Shown here: positions 1 to 8,250 of the stretch, piece by piece | Layout of the letters: every line of letters starts with the position of its first letter | Position numbering within the stretch: position 1 is the stretch's first letter | NCBI GenBank assembly: GCA_965219455.1 | Contig: OZ244744.1 | Span: 736,001-800,000, forward strand | Reading direction: 5' to 3' | DNA: 64,000 bases | From: Candidatus Latescibacterota bacterium | Lineage (GTDB): Bacteria > Latescibacterota > UBA2968 > GCA-2709665 | Notes under the pieces: model-generated | Told to the model about the DNA's origin: nothing | What the model saw: only the letters and a program-made list of their open reading frames with translations | Databases searched by the model: none | Translations under genes and position numbers: made by a program

Positions 1-611
1 GCCTCGCGCCACGGCCTTCTTCCACTTCTGTTTGCCAACGCCAATGAAGAAATATTGCCAGGCAGATAGTAGACATCCGTAATCTCTACTTCATCGCGTT
101 GCTCATCTTCATTACTAATCTCAAAATGAGGTGGGTGACCAGTGACAATTCTGAGAAAATCGCCGACCGCGCGGTTGATTTGGGTCTCATCGACCGTAGC
201 GCTCATCAAATCCTGATCTTTCATCCAGTTTTCAGGACTATCATTTGTGCGAATGAAGAACGCCCGACCCCGCCGTTTGGAGCGATCAACCAATGGCACG
301 TCAGGTCGGCCGGCATCCCCACGCACGGCACCCTTCGGGATTATCAAAACGGCGTCCTGCTCGAATTCTTCTCCGAAACGCTTCATCCTCTGCGTAAACT
401 GGTAGAGGGAACGTGGATCTCCACGCCATCCATTGTTGACCACGAAAAAGAAACGGTCTCGCGTTACCTCACCGCCCTCAAAATAGGATCCGCTTAAAGC
501 CGCCATTTCATAGACACCGGCAGTAAGCTTTACTCGCAGGCTGGCATTCCTTTGAGCGTTTTCCTTCCGGGTGTATTTCCGCCCTTTTGCGTCGCCTTCG
601 TACTTTCGGAA
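1..611 (-). pseudogene. 5'-truncated hypothetical gene running off the window start (not in the ORF track)
   Basis: Minus frame is open from 659 to base 1 and reads FRKYEGDAKGRKYTRKENAQRNASLRVKL...GSYFEGG...FFFVVN...GEEFEQDAVLIIPKG. It recalls an uncharacterised phage/bacterial family (AFR..EN..RN..L; GEEF.QD.VL.IP), from memory. First in-frame ATG is at 506. Confidence 0.6.
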
Positions 612-1029
612 GGGCCTCTCGCGCCTGTGTCGCGAACGTCTCGGGCGATGATCCTTCCTTCATCGGAATCATTCGGTGACGGGATCCCCCGGACATTGCG
701 TAAAATGTGATCTGCGTCGGTATCTTGTGCTCGGTCAGTATAACGGCGTGAGGCTTGAAGGATTGCCGATAGGCCTTGTCGTCCGCCGCAATCTGTTCCG
801 CACGGGTTATCTCGATAGAATCATTGATCACTTCGGCATCCACGTCGAGGCCCCGGGCAAGCTCGACCCGCAGATTCTCGGCCATTTTGACCTGCCCCGC
901 GCATATCTGGTCTAATCTCCGACATCCTTTGGCGATATTGGCATATCCCATACGTCGGGCAAGTTCACCGCGGGTGATAGTGAGATCCTGCGTACGCTTG
1001 CGGATCAACCGCGCCAATGACAGATCCAA
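508..1029 (-). CDS. XRE-like HTH protein, probably C-terminally truncated/chimeric
   Basis: ITRGELARRMGYANIAKGCRRL is HTH-like. The tail after LPKV is an out-of-frame read of the downstream gene. Confidence 0.6.
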   Translation of the reverse strand: MDLSLARLIRKRTQDLTITRGELARRMGYANIAKGCRRLDQICAGQVKMAENLRVELARGLDVDAEVINDSIEITRAEQIAADDKAYRQSFKPHAVILTEHKIPTQITFYAMSGGSRHRMIPMKEGSSPETFATQAREALPKVRRRRKRAEIHPEGKRSKECQPASKAYCRCL

Positions 1030-1166
1030 AAAAATCCACCTCCCTTTCTTGTAGGATCACACAAAGTGACTTCCCGTTTCCGGGTTGCGGGTAGGGTGTG
1101 GTTGAGAACCGGTTTTCGGTCACGTTTCCTACTCGCATTCCTTTGTACCTTCCATTGTAACTCACG

Positions 1167-1378
1167 TCAGTTCACGTCAGATTGATCGTCAGTCGTCTTG
1201 CCGAAATTGCCCGCGAATGTCAGGAAATCGGTGAAATCGACGTCTCCATCCCCGTCGAAGTCACCTATTAACCCGCTCGATGTCCCGCCACTTCCGCCCG
1301 GTTCCATTTCGGACGACCACCGCAAGAGTCCACTGTCCTCCCGGGTTTCCACAATCCCGTTGCCTTTGATATCAACAT
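1167..1378 (-). pseudogene. Remnant of a secreted protein carrying an EF-hand/dockerin-like C-terminal tag
   Basis: GDFDGDGDVDFTDFLTFAGNFGK ends at stop 1167. A strong RBS (AAAGGAGG) and ATG at 1378 lie in a different frame. Confidence 0.55.
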
Positions 1379-1451
1379 CGCGTCAACCTCCTTTGTGCGT
1401 TTGGATCTGATTTCGGCGTTCCGCGGGACCCAGCCTGTCAGCATCGCTCAT

Positions 1452-4235
1452 TCAGAACCCGAGTTGCCCGCCGCCCGGCTTTGCGCGGCACTCCTCGGCG
1501 AGTGCACGGCCGATACGTTCGGGGTCCTTGAGAAAATTCAGGATCTTCGCACGTTCGCGCACGTTTGCGAAATCCGCTGGCGTGAGTTTGTCCAATGCGA
1601 GTGTCTCCTGCGGCGCTTCGCAACCGTAGAAGAACCTGAAAGCCCGTTCGATTCGCGGCCGATCCATAAAGAAGAACTCAACGCGAAACAGGAAACGACG
1701 AGCGGCGGCCGGATCGATCGCTTCACGCCGGTTCGTGGTACACGCGAACGGAAGCGGGTGCCGCTCCATCTGGCTGAGTAATTCGTTGACCATGCTCGTC
1801 TCCCACGAGCGAACGGCCTGTTGCCGGTCCATGAGGAGTGAATCGACCTCGTCGAAGACAAGGAATGATTGGGTCTCCACCGCTTCGGAAAACGCCGCGG
1901 CCATCTGCTGCTCTGTCTGTCCGAGCCACTTACTGAGGAGATCCGAAGCCCGCTTGGGCAGCAGATCCATTCCCATCCGTTCGGCAATGTACCCCACATA
2001 AGCTGTTTTGCCCGTTCCGGGCGGGCCATACAGGAATAGCGCGAAACGCCGTGCGTCCATGGCAGCGATCCTCTCGGCCAAATCCTCTAGATCCGCATCC
2101 GCGTGGACCAAGGCCGGTACGTATCGGGAGATCGGCTTGCTGTCGGATGCACTCACACCGTAGCGCAGTTTCGCCTTCTGGGCGATGTTGCGCCGGATGG
2201 TCCCTGCATTCCCATTCGCCATCGCAGCCTGACGCGTGGCCATAGCCAACTGTCTCGGCGTAACTTTCCTGTCGCGCGCCAGGTCCACTGCCAGTTGGCT
2301 CGCTTCGGCCTCCGGAATGCCGTCCTTGCTAAGGATGCCCGTGAATATGCGCTTCCGTGCCACAACGGACATGTGGCGAAACTCGATCGCGTGCATCATC
2401 CGGTCGATGAAAAACGGCAGGAAGATCCGGTAGTAGTCAATGGAGTTACAGGCCCAGATGATCGGAACCGGATTCTCTTCGAGGACCCTGTTCAGCCAAT
2501 GTTTCTCCACGCATTCGAAGTCCTCCATTTCGTCGAAGAAAACCACGACGCCTGGTTCGTGGGCGAGAGCTTCCAGCGCATAGTCGAGTGCCTCCGTGCG
2601 CGATACGGTACGCCGAGACTTCGGACCTACCTCATTGGCGCCAACGGCGTACAAGCGCGCGCCCAACTCGCCACAGAGCGTGCGAGCGAATTCGGTCTTT
2701 CCTGTACCAGGGGGTCCGTACAAGAGGATATTGATTCCCTTCTTCCTGCTGTCTGTTATCGAAGCAAGGGTCTTTCTGGCGTCTTCGGCATCCTTTTCGA
2801 GATACGAGAATGCCTCCCACGGAAGTTCCGCCTGTACCGGCGGTCCCAGCCTCGGTCGTGCGTACTGGGTGGTGATGTTTCGCTCGAGTTGCTCGCAGTA
2901 ACGGTATACGTCGGCTTCCGACCCCCCCACGAGGCGGGTCGTTTCGATGGCCTTTGAGAGGATGCCTGGGGTGCACTCCAGTTCGTCCACGAGTCGACGG
3001 GCGCATACAGAGGCGTCAACACCCTTGATCCCACTCTCAGCCAGTATTCGATGCAAAATGCCGGTCTGACGCGTCGGGCCGTGAGCGGTAAACCTGACGA
3101 CATGCGTAAAACGCCGCATCATACTTTCGTCAAGGTCATCCAGACTGTTCACGGTGTATAACACCGGAACGGAATTTTCCTCAATCAGCCGGTGATTGGC
3201 GAGGCGGGCGCCGCTGCTGGACTCAAGCGTATCCTCAGCCTCGTCGCACAGTATTGCGGCGTCGGACAAGGACCGAAGCAGAGTTTGCGCCATGCGCAGC
3301 CGGTTGCGGTAGTCGGCCCGCCGGTCGTGGGCGGTATTGCACGATTCTTTGTCGAAAATTCCGTAGGAACTCATAGTGAAGAGTCTCATGCCGGCCGCTT
3401 TCGCAACGGTCCTGGCGAATTCGGTTTTTCCGGTGCCCGGCCGGCCAAACAACAAAATGTTCACACCGCGTGCAGGTGCGCCTTCATGCCGCCTGCGCGA
3501 TGTCTCCGAAAGCACTCGGTGAATGTCTTCACGTTCGGATACGTGTGTGAAGTCGTCCAGTCGCAGCCTCGCTCTGCTGGGTTTTCCGACCAGTCGCGCC
3601 GTCAACTCGTCCATGTTTCGTACGGGCGGATGCCACACTTCCCAGAACCACGTATGGATGAGGTCATCGGGGTCATTGCATTCGTTCAGCCGGTGGACCA
3701 TCTCCGGAACTACTATGCCCTTCTCGGCCAGTTCCCGTATGCCCTTGTGGATCTCGCGCCCGTGTCGATTCAGAACTATCTCCCATATGTCCATTGGATA
3801 TGAACACAAACCATCAAGTGTCCTGCATAAATTTTCAACGATGTGGCAATGATTGAAACAGTGCGCAAATTCGAGCAAGGATGCCGCAGAGGCACCCAAT
3901 GAGAATCGTCGGACGACAATTCGTGTGGCGGATTGCTCCGGGCATCTTGGAGGCCGTACGTGTGTGTTTTTTTCAAGGGCAATTACTGCCCGCTTTAGAT
4001 ATCCAATGGCACCCTCTCCGTTATCCTTCTTTCGTACAAGATCGCGGGTAGCCAAGAATTCCAATCGAGCCTCGTCTTGGCTCAACCACTCCAGAAGTGC
4101 GGGCCGGATGCTTCGGTTGTCCAGGGCAACTCGCAACGCATTCCTTGTGTAAATGCGCGCGAGGTACAGTCTGTATTCATTCATGCTCGAATATTTCCAG
4201 TGATCAATCAACAGGCGACGGAGGAATCGGTCCAT
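1452..4235 (-). CDS. AAA+ ATPase with three tandem AAA modules
   Basis: Walker A: GRPGTGKT, GPPGTGKT, GPPGTGKT. Walker B: ILCDE, VFFDE, LVFDE. Arg-finger regions MMRRF, FIDRM, AARRF. GGGAGG RBS; C-terminus ends in LGF. Confidence 0.9.
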   Translation of the reverse strand: MDRFLRRLLIDHWKYSSMNEYRLYLARIYTRNALRVALDNRSIRPALLEWLSQDEARLEFLATRDLVRKKDNGEGAIGYLKRAVIALEKNTHVRPPRCPEQSATRIVVRRFSLGASAASLLEFAHCFNHCHIVENLCRTLDGLCSYPMDIWEIVLNRHGREIHKGIRELAEKGIVVPEMVHRLNECNDPDDLIHTWFWEVWHPPVRNMDELTARLVGKPSRARLRLDDFTHVSEREDIHRVLSETSRRRHEGAPARGVNILLFGRPGTGKTEFARTVAKAAGMRLFTMSSYGIFDKESCNTAHDRRADYRNRLRMAQTLLRSLSDAAILCDEAEDTLESSSGARLANHRLIEENSVPVLYTVNSLDDLDESMMRRFTHVVRFTAHGPTRQTGILHRILAESGIKGVDASVCARRLVDELECTPGILSKAIETTRLVGGSEADVYRYCEQLERNITTQYARPRLGPPVQAELPWEAFSYLEKDAEDARKTLASITDSRKKGINILLYGPPGTGKTEFARTLCGELGARLYAVGANEVGPKSRRTVSRTEALDYALEALAHEPGVVVFFDEMEDFECVEKHWLNRVLEENPVPIIWACNSIDYYRIFLPFFIDRMMHAIEFRHMSVVARKRIFTGILSKDGIPEAEASQLAVDLARDRKVTPRQLAMATRQAAMANGNAGTIRRNIAQKAKLRYGVSASDSKPISRYVPALVHADADLEDLAERIAAMDARRFALFLYGPPGTGKTAYVGYIAERMGMDLLPKRASDLLSKWLGQTEQQMAAAFSEAVETQSFLVFDEVDSLLMDRQQAVRSWETSMVNELLSQMERHPLPFACTTNRREAIDPAAARRFLFRVEFFFMDRPRIERAFRFFYGCEAPQETLALDKLTPADFANVRERAKILNFLKDPERIGRALAEECRAKPGGGQLGF

Positions 4236-4317
4236 AGTCTGTAATACCTCCCGTCGATTACACCCCTGTTCGAATCAGACCGGCAGTTTCTACGAACCAC
4301 CCCGTTTAAACGGATAT

Positions 4318-4351
4318 AAAAAAGAGGCGCATTCACAATTGAACACGCCTC
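4318..4351 (-). terminator. Intrinsic terminator-like hairpin downstream of the WYL gene
   Basis: Minus strand GAGGCGUGUUCA-AUUG-UGAAUGCGCCUC followed by U6; 12-bp stem including G-U pairs. Confidence 0.7.
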
Positions 4352-4364
4352 AAGTTAAACTGCA

Positions 4365-4387
4365 TATACGACGAAACAGGTCGTATA
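4365..4387. promoter_or_regulatory. DriD/WYL-type operator palindrome
   Basis: TATACGAC-GAAACAG-GTCGTATA: perfect 8-bp arms with a 7-bp spacer. Matches the ATACGAC-N7-GTCGTAT site described for Caulobacter DriD and lies next to a WYL gene. Confidence 0.75.
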
Positions 4388-4390
4388 AAA

Positions 4391-5362
4391 TCAGGTTTTC
4401 TTGTAAAAACTCAGATTTTTTTCAATTTCGTCGATAATCTCCTCGCGCAGGGACGCCGGCGCCAGGACTTCCGCGCTGGCGCCGTGGCTGAGAATCCACG
4501 ACTTGATTTCATAGAGACCGCCTGCTTCAAAGGAAAGGATGATCCGGCCGTCGTCGAGTTCCTCGATCTCCTGCGAGGGATGCCATATACGCTGCTTGAT
4601 ATACGGCGCTTGGGATGCCGAGAAGCGGACGCTGACCGCGATGGGAGATTCCAGTACGACACCGAATGCCTGGTGAAGTTGCTCTTCAATATCGGAATCA
4701 ACGAATTCTTTGAAAGACTGGGACGTGACTTCGAGTTCCTGAATCCGCTCAGCGGCCAGAGTCAGGAGATTGTCGTAATTCGGATTTCGGCAGAGGAGAT
4801 ATACGCCATCGTAGTGGTACAAGAATCTGAAGGGCATGATGGAATACGTCTTGCTTTGTCCGGTTGCGATCGCACGGTAGGTCACGTTGCAGATTCGTCG
4901 TTCCGTGATTGCGCGATGCGCATTTTGAAATATCTTTGGCGTGACTTGTGCCTTCTGCCCGCGTATGTGCGGGTGATATGCGGCCTGTTCCAGGAATGCC
5001 CCCATCTTTTCCGGCAGCGTGGCCCGGATCCTGTTCAGCGTTTTCTGAAACTCGTCTTTGAATGGCGTTCCTTCCAGGATGCCGCAGATATAGGTCAGGG
5101 CGATGAGTTCGCCGACGGGGAAGTTCAGCGGCGGCATCTCTTTGTCGTGAATGAGTTTCCACTGGTTCTGGCGCCCCTGCTTTTCCGAATATATCGTGAA
5201 GCCAGCGTCGCCCAGGTTGTCAAGATCTCGCTCTATTGTCCGCCGTGTTACCCCGAATTTTCCTACGAGATCCTGGATTGTCGCTCCATAAGTCCGCGAC
5301 ATGAGTTCTCTTAGTATGTCCAGTTGACGGACGATTTGCCTGGTGTCAGACATGGATGTCAA
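4391..5362 (-). CDS. HTH-WYL-WCX transcriptional regulator (DriD/PafC/BrxR-like)
   Basis: wHTH (GVTRRTIERDLDNLGDAGF), WYL domain (YSIMPFRFLYHYDGVYL..ERIQEL), WCX domain (WHPSQEI..WILSHGASAEVLAP). Alternative start ATG at 5353. Confidence 0.93.
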   Translation of the reverse strand: MTSMSDTRQIVRQLDILRELMSRTYGATIQDLVGKFGVTRRTIERDLDNLGDAGFTIYSEKQGRQNQWKLIHDKEMPPLNFPVGELIALTYICGILEGTPFKDEFQKTLNRIRATLPEKMGAFLEQAAYHPHIRGQKAQVTPKIFQNAHRAITERRICNVTYRAIATGQSKTYSIMPFRFLYHYDGVYLLCRNPNYDNLLTLAAERIQELEVTSQSFKEFVDSDIEEQLHQAFGVVLESPIAVSVRFSASQAPYIKQRIWHPSQEIEELDDGRIILSFEAGGLYEIKSWILSHGASAEVLAPASLREEIIDEIEKNLSFYKKT

Positions 5363-5445
5363 CCTGAGTTGAGGTTAATCGTGGTGGCGTTTTATGCGTG
5401 TGCAATGTTGCCGGGATGCTACCACCCTTAATGGTACCCGCCACG

Positions 5446-5481
5446 AAAAAAAGGCGACCCGATCCCGAATCGCCCTTTTTT
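5446..5481. terminator. Bidirectional intrinsic terminator after dksA
   Basis: A7-GGCGA...TCGCC-C-T6 hairpin. Confidence 0.7.
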
Positions 5482-5500
5482 GATTTCATTTCGCCCCGCC

Positions 5501-5935
5501 TTATAAATCGTCGTCGCTGCTCATCGGCAGGTCCTCGGCGGATATTACTCTCCGTCTTGGCCGGTCGATGATTTGAGGATTTCGTTCGCGTTCCTGCTGA
5601 ACCTGCATGGTATACCGCGCCGTGGGGATGGCTTCCAGCCGGAGTTCGCCGATCAACTCCCCGGACACCTCGCAGATACCGTACGTGCCATTTTCGATCT
5701 TGCCCAGGGCATGGTCGATCTCTGCAAATTCCCGCCTTTCGTTATTGCCCAGGGCAGCCATCAACTCCAGAGCAATCGCGTTTCCCGCCATATCGAACGG
5801 ATCCGCCGAGCGGTCTCTCCTCAGTTCGTTGATATCTGCATCTTCCAGGAGGGTGTGCTTCAACAGGTCCTTTTTTCTATCCAGCAACAGCTTCTTGTAA
5901 AACGCCAGCCTTTCAGGAGTCAGTATCTCAGTCAT
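5501..5935 (-). CDS. dksA: DksA/TraR family RNA polymerase-binding factor (one-cysteine type)
   Basis: DxxDxA tip motif (ADPFDMA) and IDHALGKIENGTYGICEVSGELIGELRLEAIP. Start is probably ATG 5935 or GTG 5941 after GGGGAGG. Confidence 0.88.
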   Translation of the reverse strand: MTEILTPERLAFYKKLLLDRKKDLLKHTLLEDADINELRRDRSADPFDMAGNAIALELMAALGNNERREFAEIDHALGKIENGTYGICEVSGELIGELRLEAIPTARYTMQVQQERERNPQIIDRPRRRVISAEDLPMSSDDDL

Positions 5936-6242
5936 GTTCACTTTTTGCCTCCCCGGCGCCGAATTTGTTTCCCTAAACCGCACCCGATATCGACAATCCG
6001 TAACGATGTTGCTACCATTCTACCGAAGTTGCACCCGAATCGCCGCAACTTTTCTCATCGGATCCGATCCAAACCATACGGGTCGAATTTTTCGGAAAAA
6101 ATTTATCGTTCCGAATGTCGAAAGTCAAGACCCAATTTTTAAAAATTTGCAGAAAATTCACCGCCCACAAAAACACCGGGGAGCTATCCGATTTTGATCG
6201 CGCAACATGTGCCTGTAATGGAAATTTTGCGAAGGGAAATTG

Positions 6243-6932
6243 TCAAGCCCTTCCTTGTGACGGGCACAGCGCGCCCACGCCGCAGCCCTCACAATCCGGC
6301 TTCCTGGCGCTGCATATCGCCCGTCCGTGATGAATGAACAGATGCGGCAAATCCACCCAGTCTTTCCTCGGTACCAGCGCGATCAGATCCTGCTCGATTT
6401 TGACCGGGTCCTGACGCCGGGTCAGACCCAATCGATTGGAAATCCGGCGCACGTGCGTATCCACCACGACGCCAGCGGCGATGCCGAACGCGTTGCCCAA
6501 AACGACATTGGCTGTCTTTCTTCCAACGCCGTCCAACGCCACCAGTTCATCCATGGATCGCGGTACCTCGCCGCCGTGGATATCGACCAGCGCCTGGCAG
6601 CAGCCCTGGATGTTTCGCGCTTTGTTGCGAAAGAACCCCGTCGAACGGATCAGGTCTTCCAATTCCTCCAGCGGCGCGTTGGCAAAATCCGCGGCCGTCG
6701 GACACCGCTCGAAAAGGCCGGGCGTCACCATATTGACCCGTTCGTCCGTACACTGCGCCGAAAGAATCGTGGCGATTAACAACTGAAGCGGATTCCCATA
6801 GGTCAGCGAACACTCGACGCCGGGATAGACGCCCCTCAGCTTTGTGATAATCTCCCGCGTCCGCGAACGCCTCAGGTCCAGATTTTCGTCAGGCCCCATC
6901 ATCCCTCGATTCCTGATCTGCGTTGCGATCAC
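6243..6932 (-). CDS. nth: Endonuclease III
   Basis: LLIATILSAQCTDERVN; HhH motif LDGVGRKTANVVL; VDTHV; 4Fe-4S motif C-x6-C-x2-C-x5-C. Confidence 0.96.
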   Translation of the reverse strand: MIATQIRNRGMMGPDENLDLRRSRTREIITKLRGVYPGVECSLTYGNPLQLLIATILSAQCTDERVNMVTPGLFERCPTAADFANAPLEELEDLIRSTGFFRNKARNIQGCCQALVDIHGGEVPRSMDELVALDGVGRKTANVVLGNAFGIAAGVVVDTHVRRISNRLGLTRRQDPVKIEQDLIALVPRKDWVDLPHLFIHHGRAICSARKPDCEGCGVGALCPSQGRA

Positions 6933-7717
6933 CAGGGACGCACCACCGGAACAGGCTGCTCCAGACCGTCAGCCCGGATGTTTTCTCCATTCACCCACCG
7001 GGAGCGATCCGACGCCAGAAACACGACCACGTCCGCGACGTCTTCGGGCGAGCCGAGTCCGCCCATGGGAAATCCGTTCTTCTCGTAAGCGGCGTACGCC
7101 TCCGGTTTTTCTTGACGCAAATTGTCCCACCCGCCCCCTTCAAAGATAATCGATCCCGGTGATACCACGTTCACCCGGATCCGGTCATGCACCAGTTCAA
7201 GCGCCATGGGTTCGGCCATGAAGATCTGGGCGGCCTTGGACGCGCCGTACTGCACCGCGCCGCTCAACTGCGGTATCCATCCGGAGATGGAGGAAATGAA
7301 CACCACCGACCCTCCGCCGCGCGCCCGCATATGAGGGACCGCGAGGCGCGTCAATCGAACCCCCTGGAACACGTTCTTGTCGAAGGTCTCCATCCAATCC
7401 TCGTCGGTCGAATCCATCAGCCTGTCGCCGGATCGGCCGCCCACGTTGTTGATCAGAATATCGATCCCGCCAAGTTGCGCGACCGCTTCGTGCACAAACC
7501 GCTCAGCGTCGTCAGGATTCTGCACGTCGGCCTGAATGGCGGCAACGCGGACACCGAGCGCTCCAATCTGCTCGGACGCCTCTGCGAGCGTCTCCTCACG
7601 CCGTGCGCAGATGGCAATGTCGCACCCTTCCCTGGCCAGACCGATTGCCGTTGCGAGACCGATTCCGCGATTCGCGCCGGTCACAAGCGCGATTTTTCCC
7701 TTCAGATGCATATCCAT
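6929..7717 (-). CDS. SDR family NAD(P)-dependent oxidoreductase
   Basis: TGANRGIG, NNVG, YGASK catalytic motif, VNVVSPG. Confidence 0.95.
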   Translation of the reverse strand: MDMHLKGKIALVTGANRGIGLATAIGLAREGCDIAICARREETLAEASEQIGALGVRVAAIQADVQNPDDAERFVHEAVAQLGGIDILINNVGGRSGDRLMDSTDEDWMETFDKNVFQGVRLTRLAVPHMRARGGGSVVFISSISGWIPQLSGAVQYGASKAAQIFMAEPMALELVHDRIRVNVVSPGSIIFEGGGWDNLRQEKPEAYAAYEKNGFPMGGLGSPEDVADVVVFLASDRSRWVNGENIRADGLEQPVPVVRPW

Positions 7718-7846
7718 TTAGACCTCCTTTGACTCCGCTTTTTTGAACATATCCATATAAATATACACTCTTATCTACGCCCATTGAGTCACATCGCCCA
7801 CGAGAAAGGGAAAAGTTTTACGCCGCTCAGACCCCGCGGACCTGGC

Positions 7847-8038
7847 TCAGCCGTCCACAATTCGCCGGCGACCGCCCTGCAGCCGATCCAGTTCCTCCAG
7901 GCATCGGGGCCTGCGCTTGTTGTGCTGTCTCAAGGCGGCCAGGTACTCTTCCCATTCCCCCTTGCGACCTGAACGGGTGAGTACATCTCTAACTTTGCGC
8001 AGATACGGAACCGCCTCCTGGTACGCCCTGGGCTTTAC
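7847..8038 (-). pseudogene. Diverged duplicate of the 3' end of the SWIM gene
   Basis: VKPRAYQEAVPYLR...GGRRRIVDG* is nearly identical to the C-terminus encoded at 10002-10193; most DNA differences are synonymous. Confidence 0.85.
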
Positions 8039-8088
8039 TCGGGCGAACCAATCCGCCAGGCGGCACCAGGCCCCCGGCAACCTCCCTG

Positions 8089-8250
8089 GCAGCCCGTTGA
8101 AAAAGCCCATCCGGTCTGCGTCCGGCCCTTGTGACCGAATGACGGCGTTGCGCTCCCTCCCCGAATCCAGGGATTCGCGTCGGTCGCGCGCCTTGTCTTC
8201 GGCCACAATGACTCGGCCTCGCCTGCAGAGCGACTTTTCCAACGGACTGC
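8089..8250. mobile_element. MITE-like non-autonomous element (IS5/IS1182-type ends)
   Basis: Ends GCAGCCCGTTGAAAAAG...CTTTTCCAACGGACTGC form an imperfect inverted repeat; the first 26 bp are identical to those at 13513. Confidence 0.7.

Noticed and set aside
99-497. 132-aa + strand ORF
   Set aside because: Antisense shadow of the more protein-like minus frame that runs off the window.
7847-8242. 131-aa ORF as a real gene
   Set aside because: Its N-terminal half is translated MITE sequence; only the SWIM tail is coding-derived.
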